Positions 9,081 to 18,435 of a stretch of DNA of 64,000 nucleotides are shown here, piece after piece. Both the position numbers and the translations under genes were made by a program. This stretch comes from Candidatus Chisholmbacteria bacterium. Lineage in GTDB: Bacteria; Patescibacteriota; Microgenomatia; UBA1400; Chisholmbacteraceae. Position 1 is the stretch's first letter; every line of letters begins with the position of its first letter. The notes below the pieces were generated by a model, which was not told where the DNA came from, made no database searches, and saw only the letters and a list, made by a program, of their open reading frames with translations. The stretch spans positions 634 through 64,633 of the forward strand of contig CAVPHZ010000002.1 of assembly GCA_963704905.1 (NCBI GenBank). Reading direction: 5' to 3'.

Positions 9081-10596
9081 AATTGCACAGATCTCACTAG
9101 TTTTGTTGATGAGTATAAAACTCTTTATCCTATACTGGGAAGATTCAGCGAAATTTTCACAACAAGTGCATGTGGAGTCTAGTTCCTCACTTACTGATTT
9201 CGAAGTCCTAAGTCAAGTGAACTATTATCAGTTCAAATTCAGGCCTCAATCGACTCAACAGATTACTGTAAACATTCCACCTAGATATGGATTGAATTTG
9301 TATGTTGATGGAGTTAAAACCAATTATCAAGACAAGAAGTCTCAAATAAGTTTTGAGGTCCCAAAAAGGGAATGGGGAAGGTCAAACGTCGTGATAAGGA
9401 ATGAGTCACCGCTTGAAATTTGGATCGACTTGTTGATCGCAATATCAGTAATAGCAATGATATTTTCAGTCTCGAATCAGAAACAAAAAAATGCAGTCGC
9501 AGTACTCCTCCTTTCCTTTTCAGTTGTATATATTAGCGTATATATTTCACTGCATTTTGGAAAAATCTTTGAAAAAACTAACATAAATAAATACGCAGAT
9601 TTATACCAAAGGTCACAGTACGTTATGGGTCAAGGTGCAGATGAGATTGTTGAAGATGAAGTTGTATATACACTTGCCGGGTACCACTACGCAGTTGATG
9701 GAGCTGATCCGACTTCCATTGATTTTGAACATCCACCTTTAGCTAAGTATATGTACGGATATGCAATACGACTGTTTGATCGTGCTCACCTAGCAAGCAT
9801 GGGAACGTACATACTATTAGTCGGTATATTTTTCATAGTTTCTCGACTAGTGTTAAGAGATCAGTTGCTCTACGCTAGCGCAGTTGCTTTGTTTGCCGTA
9901 GAAAAAGAGACTTTATCGTTAATGCGTTCTGCGACCTTAGATCTGCCACTCACATTATTTTTACTATCAACTTATTTGTTTTACTTACTCTTAGAGAAGA
10001 AGAAAAATTTTGCTCTGATACTTCTGATGGGAGTTGGTTTGGGCTTTTCAATGGCAGCAAAAATTTATTTTACAGCTATCATCTTTTTCCTAATTATTGT
10101 ATTAGATATGCTTTTAAATAATAAAAAGATATTAAAGTACTCTATTCCAATAATTCTCGTGGCTGTAGCAATCTATACTCTCACTTATGCAGCCTTTTTA
10201 AAAGACCATTCCTTTTCTGAATTTATAAATTTTCAAAAATGGATGCTCTCATGGTTCAAAGGTAAACCTGATACAAAAGGTATTGGAGCAATCTTCTCAA
10301 CCTTATTCATAGGCAGAATTAAGGCATGGTGGGATTTTGAAACAGGAAATATTATCCGTATAACGAACTGGAGCCCATTCTGGAGTCTATATGGAGCATC
10401 TACTATGATTGGAGCTTTAAAGTTCTTGAGAACAAAAAAGTATCATATAATATACATCTGGCCAGTGGTCTACTTACTATTTTTAAGTCTGGGTGCATCT
10501 GGACCGAATTTACTTGTAGTCTTGTTCCCATTTTTTGTGCTGAACTATGTACTACTAGTATCAATTATCTCAAAACATTTTAGCAATAACCCATGA
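9073..10596 (+). CDS. protein O-mannosyltransferase-like GT-C (PMT family, GT39-like) with extra N-terminal ~130-aa domain
   Basis: First-loop acidic motif GADEIVEDE and the canonical PMT/ArnT HPPLAKY motif, followed by multiple TM helices. The N-terminus carries a signal-anchor and a beta-rich segment not seen in the other paralogs. Confidence 0.72.
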   Translation: MSRIAQISLVLLMSIKLFILYWEDSAKFSQQVHVESSSSLTDFEVLSQVNYYQFKFRPQSTQQITVNIPPRYGLNLYVDGVKTNYQDKKSQISFEVPKREWGRSNVVIRNESPLEIWIDLLIAISVIAMIFSVSNQKQKNAVAVLLLSFSVVYISVYISLHFGKIFEKTNINKYADLYQRSQYVMGQGADEIVEDEVVYTLAGYHYAVDGADPTSIDFEHPPLAKYMYGYAIRLFDRAHLASMGTYILLVGIFFIVSRLVLRDQLLYASAVALFAVEKETLSLMRSATLDLPLTLFLLSTYLFYLLLEKKKNFALILLMGVGLGFSMAAKIYFTAIIFFLIIVLDMLLNNKKILKYSIPIILVAVAIYTLTYAAFLKDHSFSEFINFQKWMLSWFKGKPDTKGIGAIFSTLFIGRIKAWWDFETGNIIRITNWSPFWSLYGASTMIGALKFLRTKKYHIIYIWPVVYLLFLSLGASGPNLLVVLFPFFVLNYVLLVSIISKHFSNNP

Positions 10597-11483
10597 GGAG
10601 TATGAACATATCAACCACTTGTTATGTGTGCAGTCAGAGAAGAGTAAAAAAAGCCTTTGATAAGTTAGGTTGGACCATTTTGAGGTGCAGCGCCTGTGGA
10701 CTCTACAGCTTGAAATTTGAAGGTTCGTACGAAAAGTTCATTAAAGAGTACTACAACAAAAAGTTTTTTACTGGAAGCAACGAAAGAGCAGGGTATTTCG
10801 ACTACGAAGGTGACAAAGAAGCTGAAAGGCGAAATATGAATTCATATCTTGAGGGCATTCGATCATCAGTGAAAAAAGGCACACTTCTTGATGTAGGCTG
10901 TGCAACCGGACTTTTTATGATCGAGGCTGAAAAAGCAGGTTTTGAGGTGTATGGTGTAGATGTTTCAAAATACGCGATCGATATTGCCAAAAAACGTTTC
11001 AAAAACAAAGTCAAACAATCAAGTATCGAACAGGCTCACTTCAAAAAGAATACCTTTGATGTCATCACGCTCTTTGACGTCATTGAGCATGTAAGCAAGC
11101 CAAGAACAGTGCTTAAAAAGCTTCGCTCTCTACTTATGGACAATGGGCTATTAGTGATAAATACTGGTGATACTGGAAGCCTGTTTGCTAAGATGCAAGG
11201 CTCGTATTGGCATTTTTTTATCCCACCACAACATTTTTTCTATTTCAGCAAAAGTACATTAAGCAAACTTCTTTCGCAGGAAGGATTTGAAGTTCTTCGA
11301 GTTGAACACAAGGGGAAATGGGTGAGTCTTCGGTACCTTTTTCATCTCGCCCGACAAATTCAAAATGATATATTTGGAAAAATCGGCTTCTCTTTGGTTG
11401 GAAATAATGCCATTGGTAAGATACCGGTGTACCTTAATTTATTTGATAACATGACGGTATATGCCAAAAAAACTAACACGTAA
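10593..11483 (+). CDS. class I SAM-dependent methyltransferase with N-terminal CxxC...CxxC zinc ribbon
   Basis: CYVCSQ...CSACG zinc ribbon, then SAM motif I LLDVGCATGLF, EVYGVDVS and motif post-II FDVITLFDVIEHV. Start and stop overlap as ATGA. Confidence 0.85.
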   Translation: MRSMNISTTCYVCSQRRVKKAFDKLGWTILRCSACGLYSLKFEGSYEKFIKEYYNKKFFTGSNERAGYFDYEGDKEAERRNMNSYLEGIRSSVKKGTLLDVGCATGLFMIEAEKAGFEVYGVDVSKYAIDIAKKRFKNKVKQSSIEQAHFKKNTFDVITLFDVIEHVSKPRTVLKKLRSLLMDNGLLVINTGDTGSLFAKMQGSYWHFFIPPQHFFYFSKSTLSKLLSQEGFEVLRVEHKGKWVSLRYLFHLARQIQNDIFGKIGFSLVGNNAIGKIPVYLNLFDNMTVYAKKTNT

Positions 11484-12662
11484 GAGGAAAAAAAGCACAG
11501 GGAAATGGAGCAAGTCACATGTCTTATTGCTTATCTTCATCTCGATCATAGGCTTGGCACTCCGTTTAGGACCAGTTTTTCGCGATACTGTTCACTTCAG
11601 CTACGATCAAGGAGTCGATCTCGCGCTGGTTCGCACGCTAATCAATGACCATAAACTCAGCCTTATTGGTCGCTTCACAGGATTACAAGGTGTCTTCATG
11701 GGACCATATTGGACATTTGCATTAGCCATTCCCTATGTCATCAGTGGAGGAAATCCGGCAGCGAGTGTTATCGTTTTTTTCGCTTCTGGGAGTAGTTGCT
11801 ATATGGATTACTTACTCGATTGTCAGGAAATGTTAGATGAAAGGGTTGATCTATCGTGCTTTATATGTTGCTATTTCGAATCCTTTCGTCAGCGCGTGCT
11901 CACGTTGTTCTTTCACCCAGCCCTCTTCTCTACCTTATGATATTTTATATTTGGTTTCTATGGGAATTCGTCAAAATAAAAACCTGAGAGTTCTTCCCCT
12001 CCTTGCGTTGCTCATCAGTTTCTTTTTTCAACTGGAAATCGGTTTTGCCCTCTTTTTCTTACCAGCGACATTCATTGTGATTGTATCCTTTAAGGCTTTT
12101 CGGAAACTTACTTTAAAGCACCTCGGTATTGGTTAGTTGGTTTTTTCCTTCCTTTTCTACCTCAAGTACTTTTTGAACTTCGCCACGACTTTCTGATGAC
12201 AAATTCAGTATTGCGTTTACTCTCCGGAGAAAATACTAGCCTAGGAATTCAAGGCACAGGTCTGCTAGCCCGATTTAGCATACGAGCCGGATACATTATG
12301 GGAAGATTACGTGTCATCAGTGAGTTGGATCGGAAATAATTTACTAGCCACTCTCTTCATCACAGTACCTGCGATCTATGGAATTCAGGCTAAACTTAAA
12401 AATAACAGATGAAAAACTTCATCATCATGCTGTTCTAATCATCCTAACTATGTATGTGGGTTTTGCACTCTATCCCGCACCGGTGTGGGTGTGGTATCGA
12501 GCTGGTGTGCCAATTGTCTTTGTACTTCTTATTGCTATTGGCTGGACCAAGCTTATGGATGAAAACATATATGGAATAAGTTTAACGTCATTTTATTTTA
12601 CTGGACTTGTGCTGGTTAACATTAATCCAGTCATTCTAATATCACAATTTATTCGACATTGA
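11461..12662 (+). pseudogene. decayed ArnT/PMT-like GT-C paralog (multiple frameshifts, truncated)
   Basis: ORF 11461..11940 matches the N-terminus of the 7713/4283 family (FSYDQGVDLALVRTLINDHKLSLIGRFTGLQGVFMGPYWTFALAIPYVISGGNPAASVIVFFASGSS), then degenerates. A second frame (11837..12136) continues the homology (LPLLALLISFFFQLEIGFALFFLPATFIVIVSF versus 7713 VPLLSLILSGAVIHIHPTAITLAPIIFFLWRLW). A third fragment (12378..12662) is hydrophobic. The total remnant is shorter than intact paralogs. Confidence 0.7.
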
Positions 12663-13035
12663 GCAGTGGTGTTTCTTCTTGAAGAGCCAAAAACAGGCAA
12701 TTGACTCATCATGAAGGATGGTGGTGGGGATAAACTACGATCTTTACGTATATACTCCGCCAGTTTACACGTATGTTTGGGATCACATGATCTATTGGTA
12801 TGCAAGAGAACAGTTATGATAATCTACCAAATGATTATGGATATAGAGATCTCCAGAGGCTGAATAATTTTTATTTATTAATCGAACCAGATGACAATAC
12901 AAGACAGAATTGACGGATGGAAAGGTAACTTTACCAGTGAAGGTCAATCTACTCAAACCTGGCATCTCAACAGTGGCATAACCATAGAAAAATGGGAAGC
13001 AAATTCAAAGACAACTGAAGAGATACGCTAATCAC
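12663..13035 (+). promoter_or_regulatory. only sizeable non-coding gap in the window; presumed promoter/5' leader for the downstream YfhO-like operon
   Basis: About 370 nt without a convincing ORF, AT-rich, sitting between a pseudogene and a run of ATGA-coupled genes. No confident -35/-10 pair could be picked out by eye. Confidence 0.3.
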
Positions 13036-15342
13036 ATGAACAGGAAACATATAGTCCTGCTATTGGCATTTTTTATTTTTATTCCATTTATTATTTATTG
13101 GAAAATTCCACTCTTAGGTCTCATTCCATTTCCCGGAGATCTCCTAGTAGGAAGATTTTTTCCATTCAATTCTGTGGAGTGGCTAGGGTATCCAAATGGC
13201 GTGCCGTATAAAGAATTCATCAACGCTGATGTAGTCAGACAGCTCTATCCATGGAGAAATCTAGCCATCACTACGCTTAAAAGCGGTCAACTCCCAGGAT
13301 GGAATCCTTATGCATTTTCAGGAAATCCTCTTCTTGCAAATATTCAATCGGCCGCATTTTATCCCTTAAATATTCTCTATTGGTTGATGAGCCATCAATC
13401 AGCGTGGATCGTTGGAGTTCTTCTCCAACCCATACTAGCAATGATCTTTATGTATATGTTTACCAAAGAGTTAAAGTTCTCGTCACCAGCGTCAATTCTA
13501 TCAAGCCTAGCATTTGCCTTCAGTGGGTATATGGTAGTCTGGTGGGAGTTTAATACTGTTGGTCATGCTGCACTTTGGGCTCCACTTATATTGTGGGCTA
13601 TTGAGCGATTTAAACAATCGAAGCACTCGAAATATCTCATAGTCATATCATTTGCACTTTCAGCATCTTTGCTGGCTGGACATCTCCAGACCTCGATCTA
13701 TGTGACGATCATCTCAATCACTTATGCCGCCTTTCGGTTATCACAAGAAGAAAGACGATCTCTGCTTGCAGTCAAACTAATAATTGCTATGACAACAAGC
13801 ATTCTCATTGCTTTTCCACAGTTGCTACCAGCCTTGAAATTTGCTCCACTCACGCCAAGAGGTACACAACCGGATGCTGAAATCTTCATGCAGTTTAGAA
13901 TACCTCTCGAAAATCTCATAACATTCTTATCTCACGACTACTTTGGAAATCCAGCGGTAAACAACTTCTGGGGAAAAGATTATGGAGAATTCATGGCATA
14001 TTTTGGAGTCATCGCATTTATCATGAGTCTCTTTGCACTGCAAAACAATGATAGAAAAACCAAGTATTTTTTCGTTATAGCTGGTCTTGCGCTCATCTCA
14101 GCTCTAAAAACACCACTTCCTCTTCTACTTCATAAAATGAACATTCCAGTTCTCTCAACAAGTGCACCATCTCGAGCTGTATTTATCGTTCACTTTGCAG
14201 CAAGTGTGCTGGCTGGGTATGGTTTTGATGCTTGGAAAAAATACAATATCAATAATATAAAGAAAACTCTAATTCTGGTGGTGCTGATCTTTGCAGCTGC
14301 GTGGATTGTCGCGTTCATTGGATCTTTAAGTTCAGATCTAGCGCATTCAGCGCAATGGAAAGTCTCGCTGAGAAATCTCATCATCCCAACCGGCATTGCT
14401 ATAGCACTATCCGCACTCACGGTTATAAAAGATCATGACTATGTTAGGTCATTCAAATATATTTGGAAGCCGAGCCTCATTGTGTTGTTTTCTTTAGTCA
14501 TTGGAGAATATGTGTATTTTGCCAACAAATATCAGACTTTTTCCGAACCACAATTTTTCTTTCCCAAATCACCAGTCTACGAATATTTGCGAAACGAAAC
14601 TCGGGAGATACCCTATCGATTTTTCGGGGATTACACCGCTTCTGTCACTAGTAATTCTTGGTTACCTTATAATGTATATGGTGTAGAAGGCTATGATGGG
14701 CTTTACTTAAGACGTTATGGTGAGTTATTGATATCTTCACATGAAGGGAAAATACCGGTATCAGTACCAAGATCAGATGCGAACCTTAAAACAAACAGTG
14801 ACGATGTACGACGTAGACGCTTGCAGGACCTTTTAGGAGTGAAGTTCATTCTTGATAAAAATGATTATCCGCAGAGTGATTGGGATCCAGATCCGGTGCG
14901 CTTTCCGGAGGATCGCTATCAACTCATCTGGCAAAAAGGAAAGTTTAAAGTATATGAGAATCTGCAGGTCTTCCCAAGGGCATATCTAGTATCGAATTAT
15001 CTGGTAGAAAAAGAACCTCAAAATATTATTGATATCATTTTCAATGAGAACATCGATCTAACAAAAACCTTGGTTTTAGAAGAAGATATTAAAAAAACAT
15101 TAGAGGCTTCTGAAGGATTAGTACAATTTCAGACCTATGCTCCCAACATCATTGAGCTAGTTGTGGATACCCCAACGCAGCAATTGTTATTCCTTTCAGA
15201 CTCTTTCCATCCAGATTGGCAGGCTTTTGTCGATCAAGATGAGGTGGAAGTCTATAGAGCAGATTATGCATTTAGAGCTATCCTCATTCCTTCAGGGCAG
15301 CATAAAATTAAATTTACGTACAAACCGACCTTTCTTAGATGA
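13036..15342 (+). CDS. YfhO-family GT-C membrane glycosyltransferase
   Basis: YfhO N-terminal loop signature ...LPGWNPYAFSGNPLLANIQSAAFYPLNILYW, many TM segments, and a C-terminal extracytoplasmic domain with FHPDWQAFVDQDEVEVYRADYAFRAILIPSGQHKIKFTYKP. Confidence 0.85.
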   Translation: MNRKHIVLLLAFFIFIPFIIYWKIPLLGLIPFPGDLLVGRFFPFNSVEWLGYPNGVPYKEFINADVVRQLYPWRNLAITTLKSGQLPGWNPYAFSGNPLLANIQSAAFYPLNILYWLMSHQSAWIVGVLLQPILAMIFMYMFTKELKFSSPASILSSLAFAFSGYMVVWWEFNTVGHAALWAPLILWAIERFKQSKHSKYLIVISFALSASLLAGHLQTSIYVTIISITYAAFRLSQEERRSLLAVKLIIAMTTSILIAFPQLLPALKFAPLTPRGTQPDAEIFMQFRIPLENLITFLSHDYFGNPAVNNFWGKDYGEFMAYFGVIAFIMSLFALQNNDRKTKYFFVIAGLALISALKTPLPLLLHKMNIPVLSTSAPSRAVFIVHFAASVLAGYGFDAWKKYNINNIKKTLILVVLIFAAAWIVAFIGSLSSDLAHSAQWKVSLRNLIIPTGIAIALSALTVIKDHDYVRSFKYIWKPSLIVLFSLVIGEYVYFANKYQTFSEPQFFFPKSPVYEYLRNETREIPYRFFGDYTASVTSNSWLPYNVYGVEGYDGLYLRRYGELLISSHEGKIPVSVPRSDANLKTNSDDVRRRRLQDLLGVKFILDKNDYPQSDWDPDPVRFPEDRYQLIWQKGKFKVYENLQVFPRAYLVSNYLVEKEPQNIIDIIFNENIDLTKTLVLEEDIKKTLEASEGLVQFQTYAPNIIELVVDTPTQQLLFLSDSFHPDWQAFVDQDEVEVYRADYAFRAILIPSGQHKIKFTYKPTFLR

Positions 15343-17702
15343 AGCCAAAGATTAATAAATTATTCCCACTTGGAATTGTGTTCCTTTTTTCTTGCCTGAT
15401 CTTTTGGAAATCAATTGTTTATGGATTAGTGCCTATTCCATTCGATCAACTAGTGACCGGTTTTTTTCCATATAACAATGGTGGATGGACTCAAGTGGGT
15501 GCATTTCCACAACCAAAAGGTGGTTGGTATGCAGTCGATGCCATCCGTCAAATGTACCCTTGGAAAGAATTAGTGATCGATCAACTAAAGAATGGACAGA
15601 TTCCTCTTTGGAATCCATATAATTTTTCCGGATATCCTTTGCTTGCAAATATCCAATCTGCAGTCTTCTACCCGCTCAACTTAGTCTTTCTTATCCCATC
15701 TTTTCCCTGGTCTTGGACTGCGTACATTGCGCTTGCTGTACTGCTACCTGCGTACTTTATGTTTCATTTCCTCAGATCATTGGATCGATCACCATTGGCA
15801 TCAGTAATTAGTGCGATTGCATTTGCAGGAGCTGGGCAAATGATTGACTGGCTCGAGTGGGGGGTGATCACTCACACATTCATTTGGCTTCCGCTGTCAC
15901 TATATTCGATAAACAGATTCACACAGAAAAAAGATAAGAAATACTTATTACTCTTTATCTTTAGCATCATCTCAGCGATCTTTTCAGGATATCCACAAAG
16001 AGCTGCCTACAGTCTTATTGTTATTGTATTGTGGATTTTCATGAAATGGAGATCTCAAAAAAAATCTTCAATGAAACATCTAGTACCGATTTCCATGGCA
16101 TTCCTGCTCGCAATCAGCATGACAGCTGTGCAGTGGATTCCGACCGCTGAGTTTTACTTTCATTCGGCTATGCGGGGAGAAGTATCTGAACAGTTAAGCG
16201 AAAGAGGGGGTCTTCCTTGGCAGCAACTGGCAACTATTTTTGCTCCCGATTACTTTGGAAATCGGGTCACCAATAACTATTGGGCCAAAGACTTTGGAAA
16301 CATCGATTACATGGATGCTGATTTGTACATAGGGGCATCAGTAATTCCACTCATACTCTTAGCAATCTTTAGCCTCAAAAATAATAAACATATAAAATTT
16401 CTCACAATTCTGACCGTCATTGGCTTGCTGCTAGGTATCCGTAGTCCAATCTCAGGTATCGTCTCAGGTCTTGGAATTCCAGTGATCAGCACAGGCGTTG
16501 CCTCAGAGGCACTTATTATCACAGTTTTCTCTCTGGCTGCGCTCGCTGCATTTGGTTTTGATGATTTAAAAAGTGAAATCAGTTTTAAAAGACGATTAAC
16601 CTCAATTACAATAACCGGCGCAATCTATGCTCTTTTAATCTTTATGAGTCTCACATTTGATCAGGATAAAACAAGAACTGCATTACGAAATCTCGTTGTA
16701 CCAGGCACAGCTTTTCTTGGTGGAGCCGGTGCAATGATTGTCTTTATCAAGTTCAAGAAATCAACAATCCCGGCATTGCTGTTTATCGGATTCCTCTCAG
16801 TTGAACTACTGTTCCACTCAAATAAGATGCTTTCATTCTCTTCTCCAAACTTAGCGTATCCAGAACACATCCTCTTCAGTGAATTAAATAGCATTGCTGG
16901 CAATGATCGTGTTGCAGGATTTTGGGAAACTGAGATCTCTCCAAATATTCAAACCGCTGTGAGGATGAATTCAATTGAAGGATACGATCCTCTCTACATT
17001 TTACGTTACGGGGAGTTTATAAGTTCAGCTCAACAAGGAAGGTTAGAAAAGATAATTCCTAGGTCCGACGCAGATCTTGAACAGAAAAATGAGCAGAATC
17101 GCAACCGTGTTCTTGACTTAACCAGCGTAAAATATATACCTGCTAAAGTCACCAAATCTGATGAACTTTGGGAGCAAGAACCATTGAAGTACAATCCGCA
17201 GCGTTTCAAACTCGTCTGGCTGCAGGATCGTTTCAAGATCTATGAAAATCTTCACGCTCTCCCGAGAGTCAAGCTCTATTCAGATTGGGAGGTTATAGAA
17301 AGCGATGAGCAGATCATCGAAAAACTCTACGATCCAACCTTCAATCCTCAATCAACAGTAATTCTTGAACACCAGCCCCTACTTAAAGGTTCCGAACCTT
17401 TAAACGGAAAAGTAAGGATAACCTCATATGAACCGAATCGTGTTGATATTGAATCACAGTCAAATATACCAGCAATTCTTCTCCTCACAGATTCTTATTA
17501 TCCTGGCTGGAAAGCCACGGTTGATGAGAAACCTGTAGATATACTTCGTGCCAATTACACTTTTCGTGCGATTGAAGTTCCAGAAGGGAATCATAATATT
17601 ACTTTCAGTTATCAGCCAATTAGCTTCAAAGTCGGGTCCTTAATAAGTATTGTAAGTACTATTGTTGTAAGCGGACTAATCTACACTAAGAAAATATTAT
17701 GA
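15339..17702 (+). CDS. YfhO-family GT-C membrane glycosyltransferase (tandem paralog)
   Basis: IPLWNPYNFSGYPLLANIQSAVFYPLNLVFL and C-terminal YYPGWKATVDEKPVDILRANYTFRAIEVPEGNHNITFSYQP. ATGA coupling to the upstream paralog. Confidence 0.85.
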   Translation: MKPKINKLFPLGIVFLFSCLIFWKSIVYGLVPIPFDQLVTGFFPYNNGGWTQVGAFPQPKGGWYAVDAIRQMYPWKELVIDQLKNGQIPLWNPYNFSGYPLLANIQSAVFYPLNLVFLIPSFPWSWTAYIALAVLLPAYFMFHFLRSLDRSPLASVISAIAFAGAGQMIDWLEWGVITHTFIWLPLSLYSINRFTQKKDKKYLLLFIFSIISAIFSGYPQRAAYSLIVIVLWIFMKWRSQKKSSMKHLVPISMAFLLAISMTAVQWIPTAEFYFHSAMRGEVSEQLSERGGLPWQQLATIFAPDYFGNRVTNNYWAKDFGNIDYMDADLYIGASVIPLILLAIFSLKNNKHIKFLTILTVIGLLLGIRSPISGIVSGLGIPVISTGVASEALIITVFSLAALAAFGFDDLKSEISFKRRLTSITITGAIYALLIFMSLTFDQDKTRTALRNLVVPGTAFLGGAGAMIVFIKFKKSTIPALLFIGFLSVELLFHSNKMLSFSSPNLAYPEHILFSELNSIAGNDRVAGFWETEISPNIQTAVRMNSIEGYDPLYILRYGEFISSAQQGRLEKIIPRSDADLEQKNEQNRNRVLDLTSVKYIPAKVTKSDELWEQEPLKYNPQRFKLVWLQDRFKIYENLHALPRVKLYSDWEVIESDEQIIEKLYDPTFNPQSTVILEHQPLLKGSEPLNGKVRITSYEPNRVDIESQSNIPAILLLTDSYYPGWKATVDEKPVDILRANYTFRAIEVPEGNHNITFSYQPISFKVGSLISIVSTIVVSGLIYTKKIL

Positions 17703-18337
17703 TGATCACTGATTTGTACAAGAAATATTCCATTCCAACAAATCTCCAACAGCATATGTTTCGTGTCGCTGCATTGGGAAACATTATTTGCGATCATCTA
17801 AGAAATATTCAAGCAGATAAAGATATCATTACTCAAATGCTGTTACTTCATGACATGGGGAATATTCTCAAATTCGATTTTTCGAATCTAGATTTATTTG
17901 ATGAGGAGGACAAAAGCCAGATCGATAAATACAGAAAAGCTCAGCACGAATTTAAAAAGAAATACGGTAATCATCCAGATGAAGCGACGGTAAGTATCAT
18001 TGAGGAAACTGCATCAAATTCGAAAGTGTTAGAACTTTATAAAAATAGCCATTGGGAAAATGCTAAGGATTTTGTGAATTCAGAACATTGGGACAGAAAA
18101 ATTGCCTGCTACAGCGACATGAGAATTGGACCGTTTGGAATATTGAGTCTCAAAGAGAGATTTGACAATCTCATCAGCCGCCGACCGGAAACAAAACAAA
18201 GACTTAACGAGCTCTACTCAGACGGTAAAAAATTAGAGAAACAATTACAAGATACAACCACAAATAATCTTCTTACAATTGATGATGAAATACTCAATAA
18301 GAGATTTCAGTATCTTCAACATTTAAATATTAGCTAA
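17699..18337 (+). CDS. HD-domain metal-dependent phosphohydrolase
   Basis: H...HMFRVAALGNII...LLLHDMGN is the HD-superfamily H...HD motif. The predicted protein is soluble. ATGA-coupled to the preceding YfhO gene. Confidence 0.7.
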   Translation: MMITDLYKKYSIPTNLQQHMFRVAALGNIICDHLRNIQADKDIITQMLLLHDMGNILKFDFSNLDLFDEEDKSQIDKYRKAQHEFKKKYGNHPDEATVSIIEETASNSKVLELYKNSHWENAKDFVNSEHWDRKIACYSDMRIGPFGILSLKERFDNLISRRPETKQRLNELYSDGKKLEKQLQDTTTNNLLTIDDEILNKRFQYLQHLNIS

Positions 18338-18435
18338 GTGCTCTCACGACTCACTATACTAGCCCTTCGAAAAAGAACAGCAAACAACTTCAGAGGAGAA
18401 CAGATGATAGAATTGACCGAGATGAGATATTTTCT

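Noticed and set aside
17699-18337. HD protein as a Cas3-like HD nuclease or defence component
   Set aside because: It has no helicase domain and no cas genes or repeats nearby, and it is embedded in and translationally coupled to glycosyltransferase genes. A metabolic or regulatory phosphohydrolase is more consistent.
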